From positions 1 to 56,485 of the IMG/VR virus record IMGVR_UViG_3300028025_001707: a DNA stretch of 56,485 nucleotides. One strand, 5' to 3'. The stretch is from a virus (lineage: Duplodnaviria > Caudoviricetes). The notes below the pieces were generated by a model. That model was not told the origin of the DNA and searched no databases. It saw only the letters and a list, made by a program, of their open reading frames with translations. This document shows, one piece after another, positions 36,130-46,304 of this stretch; position 1 is the stretch's first letter; each line of letters begins with the position of its first letter. Both the position numbers and the translations under genes were made by a program.

Positions 36130-38565
36130 TTATCTAGGTTCAAACGACTCCATATCAAAGTCACCAAGTGAGTCTTCCGTACTCTCAAACTTAACTGGAG
36201 GAAGGTTGTTCTTACGCTGATTAATAAGTTCTGACTGACGTTCTGCCTGTAGATCCACACGCTTGTCCTTAGCCTTTTCTTTCTCCTTCTCACGCTTCAT
36301 TAATCCATCAGTCTCAATGCCTTTAAGCTGCATGTTATACTCGAACTCAAGAGCCATAAGCTCTTTCTTCTTGTCAACCTCAAACTGCATTCTTTGCATA
36401 TCGAGCTGCGCTTCGTTCTGCTTAATAGCAATCTTAGACTGAGCCTCAATCTGAGCAGTCTGCTGTTTCTGAGCTGCGGCTGCTTCTTGTGACTGCATGT
36501 TGATCTGCATCTGCATCTGCTGCTGCATATCTTCACGCTCCTGCTGTTTCTGAACCTTACGTCTACGCTTAACCTTAAGCATCTCGTTAGCAAGCTTCAA
36601 GTTCTTAATCATTCGGATATCTATAGCGTCCTCAAGATCAATCTGATCTCTACCTAATGACACCTGGATGTTTGCCTCAAGCTGTTGTTTTTCTTCAGCA
36701 TCAGGTGCGACATCTATAAATATTCCAAAAGAGTGAAGGTATAGGTTCTTAATATCATCTAGAATAGCAAGGTTATACTTACCAATCTGCATCGCGAACT
36801 CATCCTTAAAGTCAGCGTACTGTAAAATATCTCCAATACGAAGTGACAAACACTCAGCAAGTCGTTTAGTAATCATTAACCCTCCTTGAAGGATATGACG
36901 TGTAGCTACGTTACTGTTAAGAGCAGCTAACTTCTGAACACCTAACAATGCGTTAGGATCAGGAGAAGATCCATCACGAGCCTCATTAAGACCTGTGACA
37001 TCACGTATCATATTAAGGTTGTAATTGTAGTTATTTATAAGAGCAGCCATCTTACTCTGACCGCTGTTACTGTTAAGTTCTTGGATAGGAACTCGTGCGT
37101 TGTTAAACTCACCGTCACCAGTGTAGCTTCTACCAATAACGGATCCAGTCTGGAAGTATAGCTTAAGCGCATCCTCTGGGTTGTATGCTGCACCAGTACC
37201 AAGATCTACCTCAGCGATACCATCTGCATCAATAAATACCCCATCAGGAACTACTCGTGCCATTACCTGCTGTAGCTTCAAGTGTGTAAGCTGAATCTGA
37301 TCAGCAAAAGGAATCATTCGCTTAACTAACGACTGAATCTGTCCCTTGTACATACTCGGTGCAAACATTACATAGTTAGGCAATGCCTTCTCTGTAGCTG
37401 CATCAGGACGAACCATGTTCTCAAGCATGTTCCACTTGATGACAGTGTTAGTACCTAACACAAGTACTCCCTCGTACCAAACTTCCTTAGTAACGTCAAG
37501 TCGTTCGAACATCTCGCTCTCTGACTCTGGGTTAAACGTCTCATCTCTACGTATTACTCGTTCACCACCATTTTCAAGGTACTTCTTCTTATATACGAAT
37601 CGTTTCTCTGTCTTGTAGTTAAAGTACAACAACGTAACTACTTCATCGTCAAAAACATCATCTTGGAAAGTTCTAATGATTGGGTAGTAGTTGTACCACG
37701 CAGATCCAGAACTCTTAATATCCTTAAGTTCTTCATCTGTAATCGATGGGTTAATCTTACGAAGCTCAGTGTAGTGAACTTGCTTAACCTCACCAACATA
37801 ATATATATCTGAGAAGTCAGGCTTCTCTGTGTAACTGTAAATAAGTGAAGCAGGATCAACATACTCAACTGCGACTCCAGATCCAACATTAAACGAGTGC
37901 TTAACAGATCCTATACCTATCTCAGTAAGATCTCTATCTACTTGTGGCTTAACTACGTCACCGTAGTCATTCATCTCTAACAAAGTATTGATCGCAACCT
38001 CTTCAGCTATCTCAATAGCTGGCTTATACTTAAGCTGCATGTATAAAGAAAGCTCCTCATCATTCTCAGGAAGCTCGTCCTCTGGTACGTTAAACGCATC
38101 AATACCGAACTGATCCTTAGTCTGCTTCAAGAAGTCCTTAGCCAACATATCAGCCTCAACCATCTCTTGGAACAAGTTCTTCTTCTCTGCTGACGAAATA
38201 TCTTGTGACTCTACCTTTAAGGCATACTCACGGTCAGCCATACCATTTACAACAATGTCAACAAACTTAGGTATAATTGGAACTGGCTTCCAATCTAAGT
38301 TCATATAAGAAAGGTCACCATCAACAGCAAGCAAGTCCTTGTACATCTGTGTTGGCTGCATACCACGAGAGTATAGTCTCAGTTTATGAAACTCTAAGTA
38401 CTGATCGTAGTATCTACAGCTACCTGCGTTAACTCGCTTAAACCACTCACCCTCAATTGCCTTACCAACTCTAAGACCGTAGTCTTTAGTTTTTTTCTCT
38501 GCATCAGTTGCGTACTGGTTTGGGAATGGAGAGTTACTTATAATTACCGATGGTTTGCTATCCAT
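36130..38565 (-). CDS. Portal protein
   Basis: 811 aa directly after the terminase; PIIPKFVDIVVNG, IRDVTGLNEARDG and a Gln-rich C-terminal coiled-coil barrel typical of podovirus portals. Confidence 0.85.
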   Translation of the reverse strand: MDSKPSVIISNSPFPNQYATDAEKKTKDYGLRVGKAIEGEWFKRVNAGSCRYYDQYLEFHKLRLYSRGMQPTQMYKDLLAVDGDLSYMNLDWKPVPIIPKFVDIVVNGMADREYALKVESQDISSAEKKNLFQEMVEADMLAKDFLKQTKDQFGIDAFNVPEDELPENDEELSLYMQLKYKPAIEIAEEVAINTLLEMNDYGDVVKPQVDRDLTEIGIGSVKHSFNVGSGVAVEYVDPASLIYSYTEKPDFSDIYYVGEVKQVHYTELRKINPSITDEELKDIKSSGSAWYNYYPIIRTFQDDVFDDEVVTLLYFNYKTEKRFVYKKKYLENGGERVIRRDETFNPESESEMFERLDVTKEVWYEGVLVLGTNTVIKWNMLENMVRPDAATEKALPNYVMFAPSMYKGQIQSLVKRMIPFADQIQLTHLKLQQVMARVVPDGVFIDADGIAEVDLGTGAAYNPEDALKLYFQTGSVIGRSYTGDGEFNNARVPIQELNSNSGQSKMAALINNYNYNLNMIRDVTGLNEARDGSSPDPNALLGVQKLAALNSNVATRHILQGGLMITKRLAECLSLRIGDILQYADFKDEFAMQIGKYNLAILDDIKNLYLHSFGIFIDVAPDAEEKQQLEANIQVSLGRDQIDLEDAIDIRMIKNLKLANEMLKVKRRRKVQKQQEREDMQQQMQMQINMQSQEAAAAQKQQTAQIEAQSKIAIKQNEAQLDMQRMQFEVDKKKELMALEFEYNMQLKGIETDGLMKREKEKEKAKDKRVDLQAERQSELINQRKNNLPPVKFESTEDSLGDFDMESFEPR

Positions 38566-41500
38566 TATTTTCTTAATTGACTAATGTTGCCACTGTTGTT
38601 GTATCTGACAAAATTAATATTTATTTTTGACTTTTCCTCTTTGACTTGAAACATGTTCTTTCTAGTAGCCATAATAGCAAGTCCTGAACTAATCGAGGCA
38701 TCGTGTTTGGTTCGATTATTTATGTCAAACCTTGCCCAATCTTCTAAAGTCTTGGTAAAGTACATGTTACCCATCTCGTCTGGTTCACGGTAAGTTCCCT
38801 CCTGATCAAAGCCTACGTACTGTTCAATATACGTGCCTATAGATGATGCGTGAGCTTGTTTAACATCCTCAGACGAGTTAGGTATGCCACCAAGCTCTAA
38901 CTCTGTCTTAGAGAGCTTAGAAATGTGTTTGTCTGGTCTGTTCAGTGAGTAGCCCCTGTACCCTCTATCCTTAATGTGGTACAGTAGTCTAGTCTTATTG
39001 TTCTCAATAAGTATTGGCATACCGTAGAATATAATGGCCATAAGTACGTCTTCAAAGAATATCTCCGCTGTCTGTGTACGTGTAACGTACTCTAATACAA
39101 ACTGATTCGTTGGAGCATTAGGCTCCATATGAAATCCAGTAAGTCCGTGAAGAGCACCGTTTGATCCACCACCACCTACAGTTCCTGATATATCGTAAGG
39201 GTCACATCCAAATGCACCTAAGTGCTCGTTTGCAGGACGCTTCTTCCCATGTCTATCTGTTATTACTTTATTTCTTAACTCAGGTGGTGGTAACCACGAT
39301 ACTGTAAACTTACCTCCTGGATCTGGAGTCCATACTACCTCAGAGTCTAGCACCCCATCCTTCCAATGGAAGTTGCCCTTAGTTAGTACACGCTCCTTAA
39401 TAAGTGAGTCATTGTAGTCTATCTGTTGGTATATCTTAGATAAGTTGTACAGTGATTGCTTAGACTCATCCCTAAACGCATGCGACTCAGTACGTGGGTA
39501 CTGTCTATAATATTCATTAAGTGCGTCAGAGTCGTTCTTAAGTGCTGCAACCTCATTATTCCAGTAAGTGATAACACCATTGTCTATCATCTCACCATCT
39601 ATACCTAACACAGGAGTCTTAGGATCTTCGAACACTGGGAATCCATACTTATCTATGTAGCCCTCAAAGTTCCACTCCATAGGTATGAATAGGCTATAAA
39701 GCCCTGACTTAGTCTGTCCGTTGGCTGATCTAATCTTAGGATTAGAATCTGCGTACAACTTTTTAAAGTTGTTACCACCCTTCTCTAGTGCGTTTGATGT
39801 AGAACCCATCATACACTTACCAATAACCTTAGATCCTAGTCGAAGACATGTCTTTGTTACACGCCAGTTGTTCAATATGTTATCAGGCTTGAGCCATTTT
39901 CCACTGTTTAAACTAATAGTGAAATCAGATAATATAAGCTTTCTTTCATTATCATTTTCACCATCAACAGTTATACCAACATAATCTCCTATACCAATAT
40001 ATTCTACATCTACACCACATCTTCTATTTGTATAAGAATTTGTGTAATTATCAAATCTTTTTCTTGATACAATGGTTGGTATTATAGACAAGTCACCAGA
40101 TATACCTATATTATATGATTTAGTTCCATAATTAGTATTTTTTTCTTTCACTGAAGAACAAGACAAACCACATGATAATGCTATAAATCTTATATCATTA
40201 ATGATTTTTTCATCTTTCATTCCAAATGAAATAATTTTTTTCTTTTTATCTGCATATCCATCTGAATCAATTAACCCAGCTAATAACTGAAGCCTAGACT
40301 CAATAGATGATTTTTTATAGAAATCTGGTATATGTTTATTATTCTTTACTCCTATTTTTGAAAGTTCAGAATTTATTTTTTTAAATCTAAAATATACAGC
40401 GCTATCACTAGATGATTTAATAATATCAAATTCAATATTAAAAATCTGTGCTATCTTACCTAAATATTCAATTATCTCAGGATCTTTATCCTTATTTACT
40501 ATTATTGAAAAACTTTCTTTACGACCATCACCTAACCATAAACCTAAAAGATAAGGATGTATTGTCATACGACTATCATCTTCAGATTCTATAGGCTTAG
40601 ATTTTACTCCAAAAGTATGTTGCTTCTTATATTTAGACATTGATATGTATTCATCTGGAGTCATTATTACTTCTTTCCTTTTCGAAGTCTTAGACCTTCC
40701 ATTATACATATATTGATCAAAAACCAATCTATGGTTTTTACTAACGATATAATCTTCTCCCCACTTCTGTTTAACTCTGTACATATCTGTGGATCCAGAA
40801 GTTTTCTTAACAACTTTTTTAATTACACCCCCGTCAATAATAATTTCATCACCTATATTAATATCTTTTATTTTTTTAAAAGTCCAATCAGAAGTGAGAA
40901 TAAGAGTATTTGGATCATAGCACTCATCATGTACCAATAGTAAAAGCTTTTCACCATCGTATGAGTTATCTGCTGTATTCTTCCAGTCAATAGTTGTGTC
41001 AAGACCTTCAATATCGTCAGTCTTCTCCTCGTTCATACTCTTCTTAGTAATCTTTGAGGCTGGAACCCTAAACGAAAGTTCTGTCTTTGGATTATCCATA
41101 CCATCCTGAACAGGCTTAAAGAAGAATGGGTAGTTCCTAACTATTGGAACAACCTTATCTGTAAACATCTTCTTGGCATCAGGACCAGTCTTAGAAAGTA
41201 TACCAAGCCTAGAGTCCTTAGATATTGTACCTAAGTTTGACACCTCACCTGAACTCATGAACGAGAAACCACTACGACGGTTCTTAAGGTAACACATACC
41301 AAACGAACGTTCGTCAGCCTTGCATGCCTCCCAATAGATGTAGAATATTCTGTTTGATTCACGGAAGTCAGGAAGACCAATATCTATCTTAGACCACTGA
41401 AGATACATGTAGTGAGTACCAGTCATGTAAGTTGGCTCACCATCGTTCATGAACCAGTGGCCATACTCACGCCTATCAAACTCTCCTTCTATATATTCAA

Positions 41501-41819
41501 CCCACTGTGATTTAAATACGTTGTCACGTCTCGACCACTCGAACGAAGACTTTATCTTCTGAAGCTCTTTTGGATACTCATGTGGCATCCATCTATTTTC
41601 TCCAATCTCCAAGTCTTTCGGCGTCCTAGGAAGTGCGATATTGAGACCATTAATGTAATATATGTCGCCAATAGTACCATCTTTCGAAATAATAATTAAG
41701 TCATAGTCACGATCATATCCGTACTGCCAAGCCTTGCTAGCATTCCTAGTCGAACGAGCAGTCTTGTTTACATGATCGTTGTTTAGTTTATAAAGGTCAT
41801 ATTTACTATTTCTTCGCAT
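38565..41819 (-). CDS. terL: Terminase large subunit interrupted by an intein (likely start MRRNSKY)
   Basis: KNRRSGFS (Walker A region), LLVHDE Walker B, GSTSN, nuclease motifs FGCDPYD and HDASISSGLA. Confidence 0.9.
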   Translation of the reverse strand: MRRNSKYDLYKLNNDHVNKTARSTRNASKAWQYGYDRDYDLIIISKDGTIGDIYYINGLNIALPRTPKDLEIGENRWMPHEYPKELQKIKSSFEWSRRDNVFKSQWVEYIEGEFDRREYGHWFMNDGEPTYMTGTHYMYLQWSKIDIGLPDFRESNRIFYIYWEACKADERSFGMCYLKNRRSGFSFMSSGEVSNLGTISKDSRLGILSKTGPDAKKMFTDKVVPIVRNYPFFFKPVQDGMDNPKTELSFRVPASKITKKSMNEEKTDDIEGLDTTIDWKNTADNSYDGEKLLLLVHDECYDPNTLILTSDWTFKKIKDINIGDEIIIDGGVIKKVVKKTSGSTDMYRVKQKWGEDYIVSKNHRLVFDQYMYNGRSKTSKRKEVIMTPDEYISMSKYKKQHTFGVKSKPIESEDDSRMTIHPYLLGLWLGDGRKESFSIIVNKDKDPEIIEYLGKIAQIFNIEFDIIKSSSDSAVYFRFKKINSELSKIGVKNNKHIPDFYKKSSIESRLQLLAGLIDSDGYADKKKKIISFGMKDEKIINDIRFIALSCGLSCSSVKEKNTNYGTKSYNIGISGDLSIIPTIVSRKRFDNYTNSYTNRRCGVDVEYIGIGDYVGITVDGENDNERKLILSDFTISLNSGKWLKPDNILNNWRVTKTCLRLGSKVIGKCMMGSTSNALEKGGNNFKKLYADSNPKIRSANGQTKSGLYSLFIPMEWNFEGYIDKYGFPVFEDPKTPVLGIDGEMIDNGVITYWNNEVAALKNDSDALNEYYRQYPRTESHAFRDESKQSLYNLSKIYQQIDYNDSLIKERVLTKGNFHWKDGVLDSEVVWTPDPGGKFTVSWLPPPELRNKVITDRHGKKRPANEHLGAFGCDPYDISGTVGGGGSNGALHGLTGFHMEPNAPTNQFVLEYVTRTQTAEIFFEDVLMAIIFYGMPILIENNKTRLLYHIKDRGYRGYSLNRPDKHISKLSKTELELGGIPNSSEDVKQAHASSIGTYIEQYVGFDQEGTYREPDEMGNMYFTKTLEDWARFDINNRTKHDASISSGLAIMATRKNMFQVKEEKSKININFVRYNNSGNISQLRK
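39906..40922 (-). mobile_element. 339-aa intein with a LAGLIDADG homing endonuclease
   Basis: Begins CYDPNTLI after HDE and ends ISLN before Ser; LLGLWLGDG and LAGLIDSDG; removal restores LLVHDESGKW; more AT-rich than its flanks. Confidence 0.9.
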
Positions 41820-42105
41820 TGCTTCTTGCCCTTCCCTCTGCAAATCCTCCACTACCAGATAACACAACTGGCATAGAACCAACAGTCTCTTTTGCACGCT
41901 CTGAATCTATACGCTCAAGTATAGATAGCGCATCCTCAAACGCAAGTCGCTTTGCAGCTGCTGCGTTCTTCATCTTATCAACTGACAAGTCATCGTCAAT
42001 AGAGTAATTTACAATTTGCTGTTCGAGTACCTTAATAAGTTCGTCAACAGACTTCTCTGCTGCACGTAGCACTCTGTCTTTTTTATCTCTTAGATTTTCA
42101 AGCAT
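41806..42105 (-). CDS. Probable terminase small subunit
   Basis: 99-aa helical protein overlapping the terL start; assignment by position. Confidence 0.5.
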   Translation of the reverse strand: MLENLRDKKDRVLRAAEKSVDELIKVLEQQIVNYSIDDDLSVDKMKNAAAAKRLAFEDALSILERIDSERAKETVGSMPVVLSGSGGFAEGRARSNAKK

Positions 42106-42656
42106 AGACTACTTAATTTCATTCGGTATAACTTAGTCTCATCAATATTAAACTCGTACTCAGACTCTGGCTTAAATGATACAACATCACCTACCTTAAT
42201 ATCCTCACCTTCTGGTATGTACTCAATAACACCTTTAAGTTCTGACTCTACGTTTACAGTGGATATATTTCCATCCTCGTTCTCATGAAGTATAGGCCTA
42301 ACAAAGCAGTAAGGACGAGGAGCACTCCATTCTACAGAGAACTCCTTCTTATAAAGATACAGCTGATCTGATTCTATCATGAATATATCATCTCTGAAGT
42401 GATTCCAGCTAGATCTCTCGTTGCCCTTCATGTCATAGTACAACCTAAAAACATTATGGTGAACCACAACAAGATCTCCATTAGATATTTCTCCTTTATA
42501 ACCGATAGGGGTAGCAACAACTACCCCTATTCGATTTGTGTATCTGTGGTCCTCTTGAGATGAGGACATAATGAAATCCTTTCCATTCAAGTTCTTGGAT
42601 GCATTATATCGTACACCTTGATGAGGACGCACAATAAAGTAGTGTGGTGACTTCAT
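42090..42656 (-). CDS. GroES-like protein (two GroES-like halves)
   Basis: FIVRP...GVVVATP...ISNGDLVVV and FVRP...GVIEY...IKVGDVVSF...YEFNIDETKLYRM. Confidence 0.5.
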   Translation of the reverse strand: MKSPHYFIVRPHQGVRYNASKNLNGKDFIMSSSQEDHRYTNRIGVVVATPIGYKGEISNGDLVVVHHNVFRLYYDMKGNERSSWNHFRDDIFMIESDQLYLYKKEFSVEWSAPRPYCFVRPILHENEDGNISTVNVESELKGVIEYIPEGEDIKVGDVVSFKPESEYEFNIDETKLYRMKLSSLCLKI

Positions 42657-42874
42657 TAGAAGTTTATATTATACTCAATAGATACTGGAACTGTACTACC
42701 AATAGACTTCCATTTAACGGCCTCTCCATCTTTCTCAACCCATATATCGTAAAGCCCTTCATCAGTTCTCATGATGTCAAACACGATATACTCTCCACCC
42801 ATAACAGGCTTTCCAACCTGGAAATGCATGGCGTTTAAAAGATCTGTCCCTATGGAAATCTTGCGAATTATCAT
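42656..42874 (-). CDS. Hypothetical protein
   Basis: 72 aa, coupled to both neighbours. Confidence 0.7.
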   Translation of the reverse strand: MIIRKISIGTDLLNAMHFQVGKPVMGGEYIVFDIMRTDEGLYDIWVEKDGEAVKWKSIGSTVPVSIEYNINF

Positions 42875-43116
42875 GATATCTCGCCAGTCTGCATGTTAAT
42901 GCGACCCTCACCGTACTTGTCGTGAATCTCCTTCTGAACTACTGCTAGTTCGTTGTGAGCTACGTCAAGGTTAATAAGTGTAGTCTGTTTGTCTGTCTTA
43001 AGACGTTCCTCTGTGATCGTAATATCAGCTAAGTGTTCTCTTAACTGGTAGTAATTTGTTCTAGCTGCAACGAACTTTTCTAGCTCTTCAGCTGTCAATA
43101 CTTTTTTCTTTCCCAT
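42871..43116 (-). CDS. Hypothetical coiled-coil protein
   Basis: 81 aa; promoter TATATTTG at 43139-43146. Confidence 0.7.
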   Translation of the reverse strand: MGKKKVLTAEELEKFVAARTNYYQLREHLADITITEERLKTDKQTTLINLDVAHNELAVVQKEIHDKYGEGRINMQTGEIS

Positions 43117-43165
43117 TTGAATTTAATTTAATTTGTCACAAATATAGTAGATTTTTGTGACAGAG

Positions 43166-43600
43166 TTATATTGCGAATGTAAAAATCTCTACATAAACTC
43201 CAGTCAACATGCCGTTAGCAAGAGTACCATTACTGTATGTCTTTAAAGACACAGTGTTGTCGTTAATTACAGAGAATTCATATGTAGTCTCATGATCTCC
43301 AGAAACACCAACTATACAACCAGTATTAACAGAATCAAATGTACCTACTGATGCAAATGTATAAACACCTGTGCTACCGTATGCCCAAGTTCCAGTGATA
43401 GTATTTCCGTCAACAATTGTAGCTACAGGAGCCGTTGACGCAGACTGTGTCAAGAATGCACGGTAAACTTTAGAAGATCTTCCAAGGTCAGCAATAGACT
43501 GAGCTGTAAAATTCTTAGTGCTACCGTTCGAATCTGTTGATCCTAATATCTTGTCTCCTGGAGCAGGAGTATCTACCTGATAGTTGTTAATCTTTCCCAT
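43166..43600 (-). CDS. Probable structural/fibre-associated protein
   Basis: Gly/Thr/Ser-rich beta protein; TATATTTG at 43605-43612, 4 nt before the ATG. Confidence 0.65.
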   Translation of the reverse strand: MGKINNYQVDTPAPGDKILGSTDSNGSTKNFTAQSIADLGRSSKVYRAFLTQSASTAPVATIVDGNTITGTWAYGSTGVYTFASVGTFDSVNTGCIVGVSGDHETTYEFSVINDNTVSLKTYSNGTLANGMLTGVYVEIFTFAI

Positions 43601-43619
43601 AGTGCAAATATACTACTTT

Positions 43620-43760
43620 TTATCTTCCCTGACCCTTGTACGCCTTCTTGTAGTTCTTACTACTCTTAAGCTTAGATGTTTTTGTCTTAGAATGAATGCC
43701 AGGTCTTTCTACGTGTACCTTAGCAACTCTAGTTGATTCCTGAGATTTAATCTTAGCCAT
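43620..43760 (-). CDS. 46-aa basic peptide ending KKAYKGQGR
   Basis: Translated by hand; TAATG overlap with the endolysin stop. Confidence 0.7.
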   Translation of the reverse strand: MAKIKSQESTRVAKVHVERPGIHSKTKTSKLKSSKNYKKAYKGQGR

Positions 43761-44434
43761 TACAGTGATTTTAACATTTCAATCATTCGTGGACATGGGT
43801 AGATGTCCGACTTATCTTTACGGTAAGAGTTGTGGCTGTAAACACCTGGGACTGCTGATAGTGCGTTCTTTGACACCTTCCACATATCTTCCTCATTATA
43901 CTTTATTGGAATGTTCCATAAGTTCTTCCAGTAAACCAACAACTCTTTTACAGACTGTATCTGAGCGTCAGTGTATCTGTGGTAGTACTTGTGACCTTTG
44001 TACGGAACTGATAGTTCACATACCTGATCAGCTGGTACTTGTCTATTTACATAGTTGTAGTACTTACCGTTTTTATTAGTAAGCGGCCCCCAGTTACATA
44101 TCTCAATACCAATAGCAATAGGATCTAATGATCGGTAAGGAAGCCCTTGAGCTCTAAATACATCTGGTTTGATCCCTAAATGATAAGCCCAGTACTTAGA
44201 TGCAAACGCCTGACAGATCTCTCCATCGTATGTATCCTTAGAAAGACCTTTTCCAGATATAGTTATACATGTTGCAATACGTCCCCTATCGTCGTTTTCC
44301 CACATCCTGATCGTTGATGGACCAGAAGAGTTACCTGCCGTGTGGTGAAGTACAATCTGAAGTTTTTTAGTTGATTCCTTAACGTACTGGCTATCCTTTA
44401 ATGGGACTTGATTAATCTTTCTTACATCTAACAT
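43760..44434 (-). CDS. Endolysin, N-acetylmuramoyl-L-alanine amidase (Amidase_2-like)
   Basis: IVLHHTAG, WAYHLG, IGIEICNWG, YTDAQI and SHNSYRKDKSD. Confidence 0.9.
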   Translation of the reverse strand: MLDVRKINQVPLKDSQYVKESTKKLQIVLHHTAGNSSGPSTIRMWENDDRGRIATCITISGKGLSKDTYDGEICQAFASKYWAYHLGIKPDVFRAQGLPYRSLDPIAIGIEICNWGPLTNKNGKYYNYVNRQVPADQVCELSVPYKGHKYYHRYTDAQIQSVKELLVYWKNLWNIPIKYNEEDMWKVSKNALSAVPGVYSHNSYRKDKSDIYPCPRMIEMLKSL

Positions 44435-44435
44435 A

Positions 44436-44912
44436 CTACTGAAATTTTAATAAAAATATAGCTAGAACCAAAAGAGCAGCAAGAATAACCCACACCCAAG
44501 GATTTGACTTATTCTCCTGACGAACTACTGTCCGTTCTGTCTTTTGGTCTTGCTTATGTTGCTTGGTCTGAAACTTTAATGCTAACTTAAGGCTGTCGTT
44601 CTGCAACTTCATCATCTTCTCCATGTGCTTGAACATGTCCTCGAAGTACTTGCGTTCTTGCTTTGACATGCTTGATTTGATGGTGTTTGTTACAGTATAC
44701 GGAAAGCTATCCTTTACTAAGTGCCTAACTTCAAATGTGTTAGTCTCCTTGTTGTAAATAGTATCGTACTCGTAGTGGTACTTCCATACAGTGTCTGACT
44801 TAATAACAGCACCCTTAGACTTAGCAATAGCTATGTGCTTCTCAGCTTTCATTAGGTGCTTCTCAGCACTGCATGAGTACAGTAGAAATAATGCTATAAG
44901 TAACTTATACAT
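44436..44912 (-). CDS. Lipoprotein with a C-terminal transmembrane helix, probable unimolecular spanin
   Basis: Lipobox LLYSC; hydrophobic C-terminus WVWVILAALLVLAIFLL; lies between holin and endolysin. Confidence 0.65.
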   Translation of the reverse strand: MYKLLIALFLLYSCSAEKHLMKAEKHIAIAKSKGAVIKSDTVWKYHYEYDTIYNKETNTFEVRHLVKDSFPYTVTNTIKSSMSKQERKYFEDMFKHMEKMMKLQNDSLKLALKFQTKQHKQDQKTERTVVRQENKSNPWVWVILAALLVLAIFLLKFQ

Positions 44913-45405
44913 TGTTCTTTGTTCTGCTTATAAAATCAGTAACGTTATTGATAGAATCTCTTAAGATAACAACAGTGTCCTTTACAGACTTTAGTATATT
45001 ATTACCTGAGATATCAAACCAGTTCTCGTTAATTGATGCAAGCTCAATTATACAGAATATTATAAGTAAAAGATTTGTAAATATTGCCTTTGTAACAACT
45101 ATGTAATCAATTGATAAGTACTGCATAACACCCTTAATAAATGGTGTCAGCATGTAAAAATCTAACGGAAACACTGCTAAAGCAAACAACAAGTAGCCAG
45201 TACCTTTATAGATGTATCCCTTTCTAAGCATCTTAGACCTAAACACCTCCATGTACTTACGATTATCTCGTTTAGACTGTATCTTAAGAGATATTAGCTT
45301 AACTATAGTATCCACACCCATTGCCAACATTAGAATTATTATTGACAACTCAATAGGAGAAATAAATCCTAAGAACAGCGTAAATACAGTAGCTAGTTTT
45401 TTCAT
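44905..45405 (-). CDS. Holin
   Basis: Three hydrophobic segments, IELASINEN motif, upstream of spanin and endolysin. Confidence 0.75.
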   Translation of the reverse strand: MKKLATVFTLFLGFISPIELSIIILMLAMGVDTIVKLISLKIQSKRDNRKYMEVFRSKMLRKGYIYKGTGYLLFALAVFPLDFYMLTPFIKGVMQYLSIDYIVVTKAIFTNLLLIIFCIIELASINENWFDISGNNILKSVKDTVVILRDSINNVTDFISRTKNNV

Positions 45406-45406
45406 C

Positions 45407-45703
45407 CTACTTGAGAACTAACATTACAGATCCACTAGTTAACTGTATAGTAGAAAATGGCTTACTAACATCCATTGGAGTAATTATAGCTCCTGCCTTT
45501 ATAGGTGCTAATGGATCTGCAAAGTGATCGTTTGTAACATCAGTTACTATTCCATTTGAATCAGTAGTATATATCTTAGAAAACTCAGTTGTTTCTAATG
45601 TTACAATAGCATATACTAATGATAAATCTTCATAAGGATTTGTTGTGTTAAGGATATATGATCCTCCTCTTGCTGTTAGGATTTCTCCGTATGAATTTGG
45701 CAT
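45407..45703 (-). CDS. Hypothetical protein
   Basis: 98-aa ORF in the operon. Confidence 0.65.
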   Translation of the reverse strand: MPNSYGEILTARGGSYILNTTNPYEDLSLVYAIVTLETTEFSKIYTTDSNGIVTDVTNDHFADPLAPIKAGAIITPMDVSKPFSTIQLTSGSVMLVLK

Positions 45704-45709
45704 ATCTTT

Positions 45710-45964
45710 TTATTTTAAACCTTTTCGTGCTCTATTTTTACTTCTATGTTCTGCTACAACTCCACCATTTTTCGTATGGCTTGCGTCTCGCTTATCTCCT
45801 TTTTTAAGTCCTAGCTTTTTTCGTCCTGCATTTGCCTCGACTCTAAGCTCTAGTCCTTTCTCAGTCTTGTTGTACTTAGACTGCTGCTTGAGGCGTCTCT
45901 GATTCGCCTCCTTGTTCTCCGCGTAGTACTTCGCTGTCTTCCCTTTTGTATTTGAACTTTTCAT
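45710..45964 (-). CDS. Small basic protein, possibly a degenerate HNH-like fold
   Basis: GDKRDASH...SKNRAR. Confidence 0.55.
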   Translation of the reverse strand: MKSSNTKGKTAKYYAENKEANQRRLKQQSKYNKTEKGLELRVEANAGRKKLGLKKGDKRDASHTKNGGVVAEHRSKNRARKGLK

Positions 45965-46112
45965 TCAATAACTTTTTTCTCTTATCACATCCGCACTCCT
46001 CAATAATACCAAGCTCAACAGCCTTCTTAACAGCATACTTAATGCCTGTTACCTCAGTGATGAACTCAACAGTATCACCAAGACCCTGCTGACGCTTGAT
46101 CTTTTGGATCAT
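45876..46112 (-). CDS. Small conserved phage protein
   Basis: GLGDTVEFIT..TGIK...CGCDKRKKLLN. Confidence 0.65.
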   Translation of the reverse strand: MIQKIKRQQGLGDTVEFITEVTGIKYAVKKAVELGIIEECGCDKRKKLLNEKFKYKREDSEVLRGEQGGESETPQAAV

Positions 46113-46285
46113 CGCTTTTTCTTCATACCGCCCATCATACCCATGACAGACATCTTAACTGCGGCCTCAGTCACTTCTTCTTTCAAATCTTCAGCCATCT
46201 TCATGCTCTTCTTAGCACGAATCAACTTATCGATATACGTATCGAAAGAAAAAACTGGCTTATTGTATGGATACTTGTTTTTCAT
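46109..46285 (-). CDS. 58-aa hypothetical protein (MKNKYPYNKPVFSFDTYIDK...)
   Basis: Translated by hand; TATATTTG (46290-46297) 4 nt before the ATG; ATGA overlap downstream. Confidence 0.65.
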   Translation of the reverse strand: MKNKYPYNKPVFSFDTYIDKLIRAKKSMKMAEDLKEEVTEAAVKMSVMGMMGGMKKKR

Positions 46286-46304
46286 GATGCAAATATAAGT
46301 ATTT

